Shown: one piece after another, positions 28,213 to 38,401 of the stretch
Layout: every line of letters starts with the position of its first letter
How positions within the stretch are numbered: position 1 is the first letter of the stretch
Assembly (NCBI GenBank): GCA_022839105.1
Contig: JALHDH010000022.1
Span: 1,405 to 65,404, forward strand
DNA length: 64,000 nt
Source: a bacterium
GTDB lineage: Bacteria > Vulcanimicrobiota > Xenobia > Xenobiales > Xenobiaceae
Direction: 5' to 3'
Translations under genes and position numbers: made by a program
The notes under the pieces: generated by a model
What the model was told of the DNA's origin: nothing
The model's database searches: none
The model's input: the letters and a program-made list of their open reading frames with translations, nothing else

Positions 28213-28244
28213 GGCCCCCGATCAAGTGGGGCCTTCTTTTTTTT
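28212..28244 (+). terminator. Intrinsic terminator of the tRNA operon
   Basis: AGGCCCC/GGGGCCT stem followed by a T-rich tract. Confidence 0.85.
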
Positions 28245-28357
28245 CGGGGTTCTGAACCTCGTTCCCGCCTGAAGGACCCGCGCCGCGTTCCGAGAACCCT
28301 GTCCCCTCAAAAGGCAGGTGGAGCCTCCCCGAGAGGTCCTGCAAAGGAGGAGACGCA

Positions 28358-28762
28358 GTGGCGACAGGCTTGAAGGACGTCGGAAAGAACACCCCGGTGG
28401 CCGAGGTCATCCGCAGGGTCCTGGAGAGCAAGGGAAAGCCCGTCACCCTCGAAGAGTTGACCGTTTCGGTCCTGGACTCTTCGGGCCGGGACTTCCCCAG
28501 TACTCCTTATGATGATATCTCGCTGGTCTACAAGATCGCTGCCGGCGTCCTGAACTGCCAGGTCTCTTTTGAAGAGGTGGGCGGGACGGTGCCGGTCGTG
28601 GAGACGGCGGATGGGGAAGGAGAGCCGATTCCCCTTCATCCCCGGATGAACTGTGAGGAGCTCAACCGGATCTCCGATGAGATTCGGCACGTGCAGGTCT
28701 GCCTGCCCCAGGTTGCCGCCGCCCCGGCGCCCCTCGGGGAGAAGCCTCGCAAGAAGAAGTAG
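28358..28762 (+). CDS. Hypothetical protein, possible HARE-type winged HTH at the N-terminus
   Basis: AAGGAGG RBS; AEVIRRVLESKGKPVTLEEL resembles the RNAP delta/HARE-HTH first helices; basic tail. Confidence 0.7.
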   Translation: MATGLKDVGKNTPVAEVIRRVLESKGKPVTLEELTVSVLDSSGRDFPSTPYDDISLVYKIAAGVLNCQVSFEEVGGTVPVVETADGEGEPIPLHPRMNCEELNRISDEIRHVQVCLPQVAAAPAPLGEKPRKKK

Positions 28763-28832
28763 CCACCAGCCGGGAGGCTGTGCGAGAATCGCTCAGCAGG
28801 TCCGGACAGGAATCCGCCGGGGTGAGCCGAAC

Positions 28833-29474
28833 TTGAAGGAAATCCCAGATCCTGGCTGCGCAAGAGGTGAAGCCCGTCTCCGTCTCTTCGTTGCCGTGGA
28901 GTTGGGCTCCGGGATTCAGGGAAGGCTGGTCGAGCTTCAGGAGATCCTGCGTCCCCATGGTTTCGTCCGCTGGGTTCGTCGCGAGAATCTCCACCTGACC
29001 TTGAAGTTCCTGGGGGAAGTCCCCCGGGAGCGGATCACGCGGATCCAGGAGGCCCTGGGGCGGGTTGCCTGCCGACACGCCCCCTTGGAGATCGCCCTGG
29101 CGGGAGTCGGGGCCTTCCCCGACCTCAAGCGCCCCCGCGTCTTGTGGGTCGGGTTGTCGTCCGGACAGGAGGCCCTGCGGTGCCTGGCCGGAGACCTGGA
29201 TCAGGAACTCGGCTTGTTGGGATTTCAGCCCGAGGCCCGAGGGTTCGTGGGACACATCACCCTGGGCCGGATCGCTCGACCTGAGAGCGCTCCCCGCCTG
29301 GAGCGGTCTGTCCAGGACCTGGAAGGCAGGCCTGTTGGTTCTCGTCCGGTTTCGGAGCTCTGCCTGTTCTGCAGTCGGCTCCAACCCGCCGGACCCGTTT
29401 ATTCGGTTCTCCAGAGGTTCGCCCTGGGCGGCCCGGCTCAGGCCGTGCCCCAGTCGGCGGAACCCGGTCAGTGA
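28833..29474 (+). CDS. thpR: RNA 2',3'-cyclic phosphodiesterase (2'-5' RNA ligase family)
   Basis: RLFVAV plus two HxT motifs ([14 protein letters not shown]); upstream of recA; start uncertain. Confidence 0.92.
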   Translation: MKEIPDPGCARGEARLRLFVAVELGSGIQGRLVELQEILRPHGFVRWVRRENLHLTLKFLGEVPRERITRIQEALGRVACRHAPLEIALAGVGAFPDLKRPRVLWVGLSSGQEALRCLAGDLDQELGLLGFQPEARGFVGHITLGRIARPESAPRLERSVQDLEGRPVGSRPVSELCLFCSRLQPAGPVYSVLQRFALGGPAQAVPQSAEPGQ

Positions 29475-29547
29475 AATCCGGCGGCACTCAGGCGTGCCGC
29501 CCCGGCGGACCAGGGGTGGACCTGGGACGCAACCTGGCGAGGTGCAC

Positions 29548-30561
29548 ATGGACAAGCAGAAAGCCCTGGAAATGGCCATCGGTCAGATCGAGAAGGCCTT
29601 TGGCAAAGGATCGATCATGAAGCTCGGGGAGGCGGCCTCCCGATTTGAGGTGCCCGTCATCCCCACCGGTTCGCTCGCCGTCGACGTCGCTCTGGGGATC
29701 GGTGGAGTGCCCCGGGGGCGGGTCAGCGAGATCTATGGCCCGGAGTCCTCGGGCAAGACCACCCTGGCCCTCCAGGTGGTCGCAGAGGCCCAGAGGCTGG
29801 GTGGAATCGCCGCCTTCATCGACGTCGAGCATGCGCTGGACCCCAACTATGCCCAGAACCTGGGCGTGAAGACCGATGAGCTGTACGTTGCCCAGCCGGA
29901 TACCGGCGAGCAGGGCCTCGAGATCGTCGAGACCCTGGTCCGCTCGAATGCGGTGGACGTGGTGGTGGTGGACTCGGTCGCGGCAATGGTGCCCCGGGCC
30001 GAGATCGAAGGCGAGATGGGGGACTCCCACGTGGGTCTCCAGGCCCGGTTGATGTCCCAGGCCTTGCGCAAGTTGACCGCGGTGATCTCCAAGAGCAAGA
30101 CCGCCGTCCTCTTCATCAACCAGGTTCGCGAGAAGATCGGCGTGATGTTCGGGAACCCCGAGACCACCCCGGGCGGCCGGGCCTTGAAGTTCTATGCCTC
30201 CGTGCGCATGGAGGTCCGCAGGATCGACAGCCTCAAGCAGGGCTCCGAGAACGTGGGCAACCGCGTCAAGGTGAAGGTGGTCAAGAACAAGCTGGCCCCG
30301 CCCTTCAAGGTGGCCGAGTTCGACATCCTCTTCGGCAAGGGCATCTCGCGGGAGGGCAGCCTTCTGGACGTCGGCCTGGAGGCCGGAGTCGTCTCCAAGG
30401 CCGGGACCTGGTTCTCGTTTGGCGATACCCGGCTCGGACAGGGGCGCGACAACGCCCGGACCTGGCTGGAGGAACACCCCGAGGTGGCGGATTCCATCGA
30501 GCGCAAGGTCCGCGAGACCCTGGGCGGAGTCCCCTCGCCCCCGGTCGAGGCGCAGGTCTGA
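29548..30561 (+). CDS. recA: Recombinase RecA
   Basis: [39 protein letters not shown]. Confidence 0.99.
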   Translation: MDKQKALEMAIGQIEKAFGKGSIMKLGEAASRFEVPVIPTGSLAVDVALGIGGVPRGRVSEIYGPESSGKTTLALQVVAEAQRLGGIAAFIDVEHALDPNYAQNLGVKTDELYVAQPDTGEQGLEIVETLVRSNAVDVVVVDSVAAMVPRAEIEGEMGDSHVGLQARLMSQALRKLTAVISKSKTAVLFINQVREKIGVMFGNPETTPGGRALKFYASVRMEVRRIDSLKQGSENVGNRVKVKVVKNKLAPPFKVAEFDILFGKGISREGSLLDVGLEAGVVSKAGTWFSFGDTRLGQGRDNARTWLEEHPEVADSIERKVRETLGGVPSPPVEAQV

Positions 30562-30563
30562 GC

Positions 30564-31010
30564 TTGTCCGGGTCTTCCACGGACCTGCGTGAACGTGCCC
30601 TGAGGCTTCTCTCGGCTCGGGACCACTCGTGCGAGGAGTTGCGGCGCAAGCTCCTCGCACGGGGCGGGGCCGTGGAGCCGATCCAGGCCTTGCTCGAGGA
30701 TCTGCTGAGACTGGGCTATCTCGATGACCGCCGTTTCGCGATTCAGTTCGTCCGGGAGAAGGCGCGACGGGGCCTGGGCCGCCTGCGATTGGCCCAGGAA
30801 CTCGAAAAACGCGGGGTGGATCGGGAGTTGGTCCAGGGGATTCTCGAAGAACAGGACCCTGTTGAGGAATCCGAAGCCGCGCGGGTCCTGGCGGAACGCC
30901 GGGCCCGGTCCGGGCGCCCGGCCGCGAGCACGGCGCGCTTCCTGGCCGGGCGCGGCTTTTCGGCCTCAACCATCCGCACCGTCCTGGGTGAGGTCTATCC
31001 TCCGGACTGA
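30564..31010 (+). CDS. recX: Regulatory protein RecX
   Basis: ALRLLSARDHSCEEL, GYLDDRRFA, FLAGRGF; directly after recA. Confidence 0.92.
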   Translation: MSGSSTDLRERALRLLSARDHSCEELRRKLLARGGAVEPIQALLEDLLRLGYLDDRRFAIQFVREKARRGLGRLRLAQELEKRGVDRELVQGILEEQDPVEESEAARVLAERRARSGRPAASTARFLAGRGFSASTIRTVLGEVYPPD

Positions 31011-31039
31011 GGAGTCTCGGAATCGGGTCCGTCAATTTG

Positions 31040-31069
31040 TTGACAGGCCTCCGGGCGGGTCGGTACAAT
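31040..31069 (+). promoter_or_regulatory. Sigma70 promoter of rny
   Basis: TTGACA-18 nt-TACAAT. Confidence 0.8.
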
Positions 31070-31189
31070 TAAGTTTACTGCGTGTCGTGTCGGGCGTGGT
31101 TTCCGGCCTGCACGCGTGTTCCCGGTCCCCGGGCGGTTCTTGAGGCCGCTCGGGGGGCGGGAACGAAGTCACCAGGAGGTGAGCCTGCC

Positions 31190-32728
31190 ATCGGACCCGT
31201 CACTCTGATCGTGATGGTCGGGGCCTGCTTGCTCTTCCTGGCCGCCGGCTTCCTGACTGGAAGTCGTATCGAGCAGCGCAAACAACAGGCCGCCGGACAG
31301 ACGGCCGAGGATATTCAAAAGAACGCCCTGAGGGAGGCGGAGGCTCTCAAGAAGGAGCGCCTCCTGGAGGCCCGGGACGAGAGCCAGAGACTGCGCGAAG
31401 AGATCGAGCGCGACCGGGAGGAGGTCCGGGGGCAACTCCAGGCCTCCGAGATGCGGCTCGTGCAGCGGGAGCAGTCGCTGGACAAGAAGGATGAGCAGCT
31501 CGAACGACGGGAACAGAGGCTGATCGGCCAGGAGCAGGAGCAGGAGAAGCTCCGCCAGGAACTCTCCCAATCGGCGAAGATCCTTCGGGAGGCGCTGGAG
31601 CGCAATGCCCAGTTGACCACCGAGGAGGCCCGCGCCGAGCTTTTCTCACAGGTGGACCGCGAGAACCGGCTGGTCCTGGCGCGTCGGGTGCGCCAGGCCG
31701 AGGAGGCGGCCAAGGAAGAGGCGGATCGCAAGGCCCGCCGCATCATCAGCATGGCCATCCAGAAGTGGGCCTCCGAGCAGGTGGTCGAGTCCACCGTCTC
31801 GGTCGTGAACCTGCCCTCCGACGAGATGAAGGGCCGGATCATCGGGCGCGAGGGGCGGAATATCCGCATGCTCGAGAGCCTGACCGGGATCGACCTGATC
31901 ATCGACGACACCCCCGAGGCCGTCATCCTTTCGGGCTTCGATCCCATCCGCCGGGAAGTGGCCCGGATGGCCCTGGAGAAACTGGTCCAGGACGGCCGGA
32001 TCCATCCCGCGCGGATCGAGGAGATGGTCGAGCGCTCCCGTAAGGAGATGGACGATCGGATCGTCCAGGAAGGGGAGCGGGCTGCCTTGGAGGCCGGGGT
32101 GACCGGACTTCATCCGGAGTTGATCAAGCTGCTGGGACGCCTTCGATTCCGGGCCTCCTACGGCCAGAACGTCCTGTTCCATTCGCTCGAGGTCTCCTTC
32201 CTGTGCGCCCACATGGCTGCCGAGCTGGGAGGGGACGTGCAACTGGCCGGTCGAGCCGGCCTGCTTCACGATCTCGGAAAGGCCGTGACGGCCGAGATCG
32301 AAGGGCCTCACGCCCTGGTGGGTGCCCGGCTGTGCGAGAAGTATGGGGAATCCCCCGAGGTGGTCCACGCCGTCGAGGCGCACCACGAAGATGTCGAGCA
32401 GCGCACCGTCGAGGCCATGCTGGTCCAGGCGGCGGACGCCATCTCGGCAGCCCGCCCCGGAGCTCGGCGGGAGAACGTCGAGACCTACGTCAAGCGCCTG
32501 GAGAAGCTCGAGAAGGTGGCGACCTCCTTCGAGGGGGTCGAACAGACCTACGCCATCCAGGCGGGCCGCGAGGTGCGGATCCTGGTCCGTCCCGAGGCTG
32601 TCGACGATCTGGGGGCCACCCGCCTGGCTCGCGAGGTGGCCCGCAGGATCGAAGACGAGATGCAATACCCCGGCCAGATCAAGGTGACCGTCATCCGCGA
32701 GACCCGTTCCCACGAATATGCCCGTTGA
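31190..32728 (+). CDS. rny: Ribonuclease Y
   Basis: N-terminal TM, coiled coil, KH ([13 protein letters not shown]), HD (LLHDLGKA); start uncertain (ATC 31190 after strong SD, or GTG/ATG 31211/31214). Confidence 0.97.
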   Translation: MGPVTLIVMVGACLLFLAAGFLTGSRIEQRKQQAAGQTAEDIQKNALREAEALKKERLLEARDESQRLREEIERDREEVRGQLQASEMRLVQREQSLDKKDEQLERREQRLIGQEQEQEKLRQELSQSAKILREALERNAQLTTEEARAELFSQVDRENRLVLARRVRQAEEAAKEEADRKARRIISMAIQKWASEQVVESTVSVVNLPSDEMKGRIIGREGRNIRMLESLTGIDLIIDDTPEAVILSGFDPIRREVARMALEKLVQDGRIHPARIEEMVERSRKEMDDRIVQEGERAALEAGVTGLHPELIKLLGRLRFRASYGQNVLFHSLEVSFLCAHMAAELGGDVQLAGRAGLLHDLGKAVTAEIEGPHALVGARLCEKYGESPEVVHAVEAHHEDVEQRTVEAMLVQAADAISAARPGARRENVETYVKRLEKLEKVATSFEGVEQTYAIQAGREVRILVRPEAVDDLGATRLAREVARRIEDEMQYPGQIKVTVIRETRSHEYAR

Positions 32729-33302
32729 GAACGCTCGCCAGGCGGTCCGCTTCCTGACTGCGCTCCTGGTGATCTGGCCGCAGGTGGGGGCGGTCCAGTT
32801 GACCTGGCCTGAAGACCAGGAAGGTCCGCTGCTCAGCCTGGAGTTCTTCCTGCATCGGCGCCTGAGCACGGCCCGGTTTCGTGAGTTCTCGCGAGAGCTT
32901 CGCGAGGCCCACGAGGCCTTCTCGATCTTCAAGGGGCTCCACCTGCCCGTCCTGAAGGTCCTCCGCGGCGGGACCCCGGGGCCGGCCTCCTCCTCAGAGT
33001 CCTTCGAGTCCTCCGAGGAGCTCCACGACCGGGTCCACTCGGTGCTCGTGCAGCGGGATCTCCGCAGCCTGGTGGTGGAGGAGCTCACGCTGCTGCTGAG
33101 GGTCCTGGAAGAAGAGCTCGCGCAGGACCTCCTTTTGCCAGAGGAATACGAGCAGGACGACGACGGCTATCAGGAGGAGGTGCTGGCCACCTCGCTGGAA
33201 CGCATCCGCTTCCTTCCGCATGGGACGGACCTGGTGGGCTACCGGGATGACCTGAGGGTCCTGGTCTATGCCCTGCATCCAGAGGGCCCGGAGCCCTCGT
33301 GA
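32718..33302 (+). CDS. Hypothetical protein
   Basis: 194-aa ORF overlapping both neighbours, host codon usage, acidic patch. Confidence 0.75.
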   Translation: MPVENARQAVRFLTALLVIWPQVGAVQLTWPEDQEGPLLSLEFFLHRRLSTARFREFSRELREAHEAFSIFKGLHLPVLKVLRGGTPGPASSSESFESSEELHDRVHSVLVQRDLRSLVVEELTLLLRVLEEELAQDLLLPEEYEQDDDGYQEEVLATSLERIRFLPHGTDLVGYRDDLRVLVYALHPEGPEPS

Positions 33303-34135
33303 AGATCGAGCTGCACTGCCACAGCACGGCCTCCGACGGGACCCTGACCCCCGAGGAGCTGGTGAATCGGGCCCTCCGCGAGGGGTTGGAGGCCCTGGCC
33401 ATCACCGATCACGACACGACGGCCGCCTTCGAGCCGGCGCGAAGAGCCGCTGCCGGGTTCCGCCTGGAGATGATCCCCGCCGTCGAGATCAACTGCGAGG
33501 AGGGCGACCGGGACGTCCACATCCTGGGGTATTACCTGGACCCGGCCTCGGCCCCCCTCCAGGAAGCCCTCCACGAACTCCGCCGATCCCGTCTGCGTCG
33601 CCTGGAGGAGATCCTGGTTCGCCTGGAGGAGCTCGGCGTGCCGGTTCGCCAGGAGCGGGTGCTCCGATTCGCCCAGGGACAGAGCGTCGGGCGTCCGCAC
33701 GTGGCCCGGGCCATGGTGGAGGCCGGGCACGTCGCGGATCTGTCTGCGGCCTTCGACCTCTACCTGGGGCAGGGAAAGCCCGCCTTCGTCCCTCGGAGAA
33801 ACCTGCGCCCCCATCAGGCGATCCAACGGATCCGGGAGGCTGGAGGAGTGGCGGTCCTGGCACATCCGGGTCAGATCGGCGACGAGAGCCTGGTCCAGGC
33901 CCTGGCGGCCCGGGGCCTCCAGGGCCTGGAGGCCTTCCACCCCTCGCATCCTCCGCTGCTGTGCCAGCATTACCAGGAGCTGGCCAGTTCCCTGGGCCTC
34001 CTGGTCACCGGAGGCTCCGACTTCCACGGCACGGAGCAACGCCATCGCGTGGATCTCGGGGGCGTGTGGCTGCCTGAGGAGGCTCTCCCACGCCTTCGAC
34101 AGCTCGCGGGTCGTGGGCAGGCAGGCTTGCCCTGA
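33299..34135 (+). CDS. PHP domain phosphoesterase (TrpH/YciV-like)
   Basis: ELHCHSTASDG, AITDHDT, VHILGY, GRPHVA, LAHP, GGSDFHG. Confidence 0.93.
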   Translation: MKIELHCHSTASDGTLTPEELVNRALREGLEALAITDHDTTAAFEPARRAAAGFRLEMIPAVEINCEEGDRDVHILGYYLDPASAPLQEALHELRRSRLRRLEEILVRLEELGVPVRQERVLRFAQGQSVGRPHVARAMVEAGHVADLSAAFDLYLGQGKPAFVPRRNLRPHQAIQRIREAGGVAVLAHPGQIGDESLVQALAARGLQGLEAFHPSHPPLLCQHYQELASSLGLLVTGGSDFHGTEQRHRVDLGGVWLPEEALPRLRQLAGRGQAGLP

Positions 34136-34160
34136 ACCTTTCGCCCGGAGGTCTGTGGTC

Positions 34161-34451
34161 ATGCTCGAACACGAGGAATACACCGCATCGGTCCGGGGCT
34201 TGCGGGAAGCGGGCGCGCGCTTCTTGACCCTGGAGGCCTTCTCGGGGGAAGGGGGCGAGGTGGAGATCTCGAGTCACTTCACCCTGGGCGAGGAGGTGCA
34301 CAGCCTCACCACGAGGACCGTGGCCCGCACGGTCCCCTCGCTCTTCTCGTTCTACGGCAGTGCGGACTTCCCCGAGCGCGAAGCGGCCCGTTCCTTCGGC
34401 GTGAAGTTCTTGGGCCACCCCAACCTGCCCCGCACCGGAGAGTCGCGATGA
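34161..34451 (+). CDS. Small NuoC/EchD-like (complex I 30-kDa domain) protein
   Basis: VPSL...ADFPEREAARSFGVKFLGHPNL matches the NuoC ERE..FG..F.GHP motif. Confidence 0.75.
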   Translation: MLEHEEYTASVRGLREAGARFLTLEAFSGEGGEVEISSHFTLGEEVHSLTTRTVARTVPSLFSFYGSADFPEREAARSFGVKFLGHPNLPRTGESR

Positions 34452-35605
34452 ATCCCTCCAGAACCTTTACGTTCACCCTCCTGCTGCTGACCTGCCTGTT
34501 CGGCTCCGCCCAGGCCCAGTCCATCCCCGCCCTCCAGGACTACAAGCTGGGTCGCGTCCTGGCCTCCGGCGGCCGCTGGGAGGAGGCCCTGGTGGCCCTG
34601 GAACGCGCCTTGAAGGAGGATCGGGACTATCCCGACGCCCTGTACCTGGCCGGACTGTGTCATGCCAACCTCGAGCAGTACGACCGGGCCATCGAGCGCC
34701 TCAAGCGGGTGACCGAACTGCGGCCCGAGTTCTTTGCGGCCTGGGGCCACCTCTCCCGGCTCCACGTGATCCAGAAGCAGTATGACCAGGCCGGGGAAGT
34801 CCTGGGAGCCCTGGGCAAGGTTCGCGGGGGAGCGCCTGAATCGCACTACGGGTTTGGAGTCCTGGCCTGGGCCCAGAATCGCCTGGAGGTGGCCGAGACG
34901 GAATGGCGCGAGGCCATCCGGCTCAGCCCGGGGATGGCCAAGGCCCACCACAACCTGGGAATCCTCTACCGCGAGAAGCAGGAGCGTGCGCGCGCCCTTT
35001 CGGCCCTGCAGGACGCGGTCCGACTGGACCCCGAGAGCCCGCTGTATCGCCTGAATCTCGGCTGGTTGCAGGTGGACATGGGCAATCGGGTCGATGGGAT
35101 GGCCAACCTGGATCGGGTCCGTTCCCAGACCGAGAGGCCGGATCTGGCCAGCCTGGCCCTGGCCGTCCAGATGCTCCTGCACGGCCATCCCGAGCCGGCC
35201 GAGAAGGCGGCAGCCCGGGCCTTGGAGGCCAATCCCGAGCTGACCTTGGCCCTGGTCCTGAGGGCTCGCGCCCTGGAGGCCCTGCAGCGCCCGAGCGAGG
35301 CCCGGGCCCTGTACGAGCAGGCGCTGGAGCAGGACCAGACCCTGGGTGAAGCCCGGCGGGCCCTGGAACGGATCCCGGCCCCCGAGCCTCCCGTGCAGAC
35401 CGAAGAGCCCACAACACCCGAGGCCCCGGTCCCACCTGAGGATCCGGGGCATCCTCAGCCTCCGGTGCCGCCTGAGGGACCCGCGGCGCCCGGGGCCCCG
35501 GTTCCATCCGAAGAGCCTGCGACGCCCGAGGCCCCGGTCCCACCCCAGGCTCCGGACCAACCTGAAGGGCCCGGGACCACCCCGGAGGCTCGAGGGGACC
35601 TTTGA
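34448..35605 (+). CDS. Exported TPR protein with Pro-rich repetitive C-terminus
   Basis: Signal peptide ending AQA; multiple TPR units (AHHNLGILY etc.). Confidence 0.88.
   Translation: MNPSRTFTFTLLLLTCLFGSAQAQSIPALQDYKLGRVLASGGRWEEALVALERALKEDRDYPDALYLAGLCHANLEQYDRAIERLKRVTELRPEFFAAWGHLSRLHVIQKQYDQAGEVLGALGKVRGGAPESHYGFGVLAWAQNRLEVAETEWREAIRLSPGMAKAHHNLGILYREKQERARALSALQDAVRLDPESPLYRLNLGWLQVDMGNRVDGMANLDRVRSQTERPDLASLALAVQMLLHGHPEPAEKAAARALEANPELTLALVLRARALEALQRPSEARALYEQALEQDQTLGEARRALERIPAPEPPVQTEEPTTPEAPVPPEDPGHPQPPVPPEGPAAPGAPVPSEEPATPEAPVPPQAPDQPEGPGTTPEARGDL
35401..35548 (+). repeat. Degenerate 36-nt (12-aa) tandem repeats in the TPR gene tail
   Basis: EEPTTPEAPVPP / EDPGHPQPPVPP / EGPAAPGAPVPS / EEPATPEAPVPP; near-identical DNA at 35401 and 35509. 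Confidence 0.8.
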
Positions 35606-36855
35606 GACTGCACCTGCTGGGCCTTGTGGCCCTGCTGGCCTGGGGACTGGCCTGTGGCGGGCCGACCCGAAGGGCCGAGCCGGTTTCCCTGGAGTTCTGG
35701 ACCATCCAGCTCCGCCCGCGCTTCGATGACTACATGAAGGGCGTGATTTCGGCCTTTGAAGCCGAGAATCCCGGCCTGCGCGTCGAGTGGATCGATCTGC
35801 CCCAGAAGAGCATCCTGCAGAAGCTCATGGCTTCCATCGCCGGCGGGGTGCCTCCGGACCTGGTCAACCTGAATACCGGGACCGCCCTGGTCCTGGCCCA
35901 GAACGACGCCCTGCTGGATCTCGGCGATTCCCTTCCACCCTCCATCCGGGAGCTCTACTTTCCGAACCTCCTGGAGGCCGCGCGGCATCGCGAGGGGCTC
36001 TATGCCCTTCCCTGGTATCTGTCCACCCGGGTCCTGATGTACAACAAGGATCTCCTGGCCCAGGCCGGCCTGGACCCAGACAGGCCACCTCGAACCTGGG
36101 AGGAGGTGGCCGAGGTCGCCCGGACGGTCCGGGCCCGGACCTCTGCCTATGGCTATATCCCGGTGGTCCGGATCGTCGATGACTGGAGGATGTGGGGGGT
36201 TCCGATCTGCGAGCCGGGCACGGGGCGGGCGCTCTTCAATACCCCGGCCGGGGCCGCCCGGCTGGAGTGGTATGCCCGGCTCTATGAGGAGGGGGTGATC
36301 CCCCGCGAGAGCCTGACCGAGGGGTTCCAGGGAGCCCTGGATCGCTACAAGCAGGGAGGCCTGGCCCTGCTCGAGGCCGGTCCACAACTCCTGCTCAAGG
36401 TCCAGTCCGACGCGCCTTCGGTCTATGCCCGGACGGGAGTGGCCCCCCTGCCCCAGACGCCCACCGGCACCCTGCCGGCCTCGCTGATGAACCTGGTCAT
36501 TCCCCGCTCGGCCCGTCATCGGGAGGCGGCCCTGCGCTTCGGGATCTTCCTGACCAGCCCCGAAAACCAGTTGGACTTCGTGCGGGAGGTGCCGCTTCTG
36601 CCCTCGACCCGCCAGACCGCCAGCGACGACTTCTTCCGTCAGGGCAAGGGGGAGCCGCTCCAGGACGAGGCCATCCGCATCTCGCTGCAGCAACTGCCCC
36701 AGGCCCGGGACTTCTCGTTGGGGATGGAGTCTCAGCAGGATCTGGAGCGCCTCTTGAAGGAGGCCGTGGAGGCGGCCCTGTACGGGCACCTGGAGCCTCG
36801 GGAGGCCTTGGAGGAGGCCGCCCTGGAATGGAACCGGACCATGGGCCTGCCTTGA
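35602..36855 (+). CDS. Carbohydrate ABC transporter substrate-binding lipoprotein
   Basis: Lipobox LAC, FEAENPG, YALPWY, YNKDLL, PPRTWEE. Confidence 0.92.
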   Translation: MRLHLLGLVALLAWGLACGGPTRRAEPVSLEFWTIQLRPRFDDYMKGVISAFEAENPGLRVEWIDLPQKSILQKLMASIAGGVPPDLVNLNTGTALVLAQNDALLDLGDSLPPSIRELYFPNLLEAARHREGLYALPWYLSTRVLMYNKDLLAQAGLDPDRPPRTWEEVAEVARTVRARTSAYGYIPVVRIVDDWRMWGVPICEPGTGRALFNTPAGAARLEWYARLYEEGVIPRESLTEGFQGALDRYKQGGLALLEAGPQLLLKVQSDAPSVYARTGVAPLPQTPTGTLPASLMNLVIPRSARHREAALRFGIFLTSPENQLDFVREVPLLPSTRQTASDDFFRQGKGEPLQDEAIRISLQQLPQARDFSLGMESQQDLERLLKEAVEAALYGHLEPREALEEAALEWNRTMGLP

Positions 36856-36893
36856 AGGGGGGACAGGGGGCACGCCGAAGGGGGCGCCCCGTC

Positions 36894-37460
36894 ATGCGCA
36901 GCGATTCAGGACTGACCCTGGCGGACCTCCGAAAGGAGGTCCTGGCCTTTCGAGACGCCCGGGACTGGGCCCAGTTCCACCAGCCCAAGGACCTGGCCCT
37001 GGCTTTGTCCATCGAGGCCTCCGAGGTCCTGGAACTCTTTCGCTTCAAGTCCGATGCGGAGGTTCGCTCCCAGGTCGAGAGGGGAGAGGTCACCGAACTG
37101 GGCCACGAGCTGGCCGACGTCCTGTACTGGGTGCTGCTCTTGTCTCACGAGGCCGGCGTGGATCTGGCCCGGGCCATGGAGGAGAAGCTGGCCTTCAATG
37201 CTCGGCGCTATCCCGTCGAGCTCTCCCGGGGGCGCAAGGAGAAGTACACCGCCTTGCGCGGCCTGCAGGAGGCCTTGGAGGCTCCTGTGGAGTCCCGGGG
37301 CGAACCCGTGTTCGAACCCTTGCCTCCTTTGCAGAAGCCGACCCTGCTGCCCAGTGATCCACGGCGCAAGGCGGCCCCGCTCCTGCGCCGGACCGGGGAG
37401 GGTTGTGAGGAAGCCCCTTCAGGCCTGGAAGCCGCCGGGACCCCCGCGAGTCCTGCGTGA
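36894..37460 (+). CDS. MazG-like nucleotide pyrophosphohydrolase (dCTPase-like)
   Basis: FRDARDWAQFHQPKDLALALSIEASEVLELF, ELADV, RRYP...KY. Confidence 0.92.
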   Translation: MRSDSGLTLADLRKEVLAFRDARDWAQFHQPKDLALALSIEASEVLELFRFKSDAEVRSQVERGEVTELGHELADVLYWVLLLSHEAGVDLARAMEEKLAFNARRYPVELSRGRKEKYTALRGLQEALEAPVESRGEPVFEPLPPLQKPTLLPSDPRRKAAPLLRRTGEGCEEAPSGLEAAGTPASPA

Positions 37461-38386
37461 AACCGCGGCGCGGCCGGGTGGCCTGGCTCTTCATGGCCCC
37501 GGCCTTGCTGGTCCTGGGGGTCTTCACCTTCTATCCCATCCTCTGTGGTGTCCTGTTGGCCTTCTTCGACTTCAGCATGTTGCGCCACACCCCCGAGGGG
37601 GTTCTGGCACCACCCCGATTCGTGGGCCTGGAGAACTTCGAGCGCCTCTGGCATGACCGCTATTTCTGGACGGCATTGGGCAACTCGCTGCTCTACTTGC
37701 TGGTGGTTCCGGTGCTGCAACTCCTCTCGGTCCTGATCGCGGTGGCCATGAACCAGCCTTTGCGGGGGATGCGCTTCTTCCGCACGGCCCTGTACGTGCC
37801 GGTGATCACCTCGGTCGTGGTGGTGGGCATCGCCTGGAAATGGGTCCTGCGCTCGGATGGCCTGGCCAACCGCTTCCTGGAGTCCCTGGGCCTGGGGGCC
37901 CTGGCCCGGGCCCTGGGGTACCCTGATCTCCTGCCCATCCCCTGGTTGACGGATCCGGGCTGGGCCCTCTTCTCGGTGATGTTCGTGACCCTCTGGCAGG
38001 GCCTGGGCTACTACATGATCCTCTATCTGGCGGGTCTGCAGGCCATCCCCCCCGAACTCGAGGAGGCGGCTCGTCTGGACGGGGCTGGCTTCTGGGCGAT
38101 CTTCTCCGGGATCACCTTGCCCATGCTCCGCCCCACCCTGGTCCTTTGCACCATCCTCTCGTGCATCTCGGCCCTGAAGGTCTTCGGGGAGATCTACGTC
38201 ATGACCGGTGGTGGGCCCCGGAACGGGACCCTGACGATGGTCTTCTACATCTACAGCCGGGCTTTCGAGAGTTTCGAGATGGGATACTCAGCCGCCTTGG
38301 CCCTGGTCCTGGCCCTGGTGGTGGGAATCGTGTCCTATCTGAACCTGCGCTGCTTCCAGGAGGGGGGACTCCAGAGCTACGACTGA
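37457..38386 (+). CDS. Carbohydrate ABC transporter permease
   Basis: FVGLENF, EAA loop LEEAARLDGA, multiple TM helices. Confidence 0.95.
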   Translation: MKPRRGRVAWLFMAPALLVLGVFTFYPILCGVLLAFFDFSMLRHTPEGVLAPPRFVGLENFERLWHDRYFWTALGNSLLYLLVVPVLQLLSVLIAVAMNQPLRGMRFFRTALYVPVITSVVVVGIAWKWVLRSDGLANRFLESLGLGALARALGYPDLLPIPWLTDPGWALFSVMFVTLWQGLGYYMILYLAGLQAIPPELEEAARLDGAGFWAIFSGITLPMLRPTLVLCTILSCISALKVFGEIYVMTGGGPRNGTLTMVFYIYSRAFESFEMGYSAALALVLALVVGIVSYLNLRCFQEGGLQSYD

Positions 38387-38401
38387 GGACCCCCCAGGCT
38401 C

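Noticed and set aside
35401-35590. Possible CRISPR-like 36-nt periodicity
   Set aside because: In-frame Pro-rich coding repeats with no unique spacers and no cas genes
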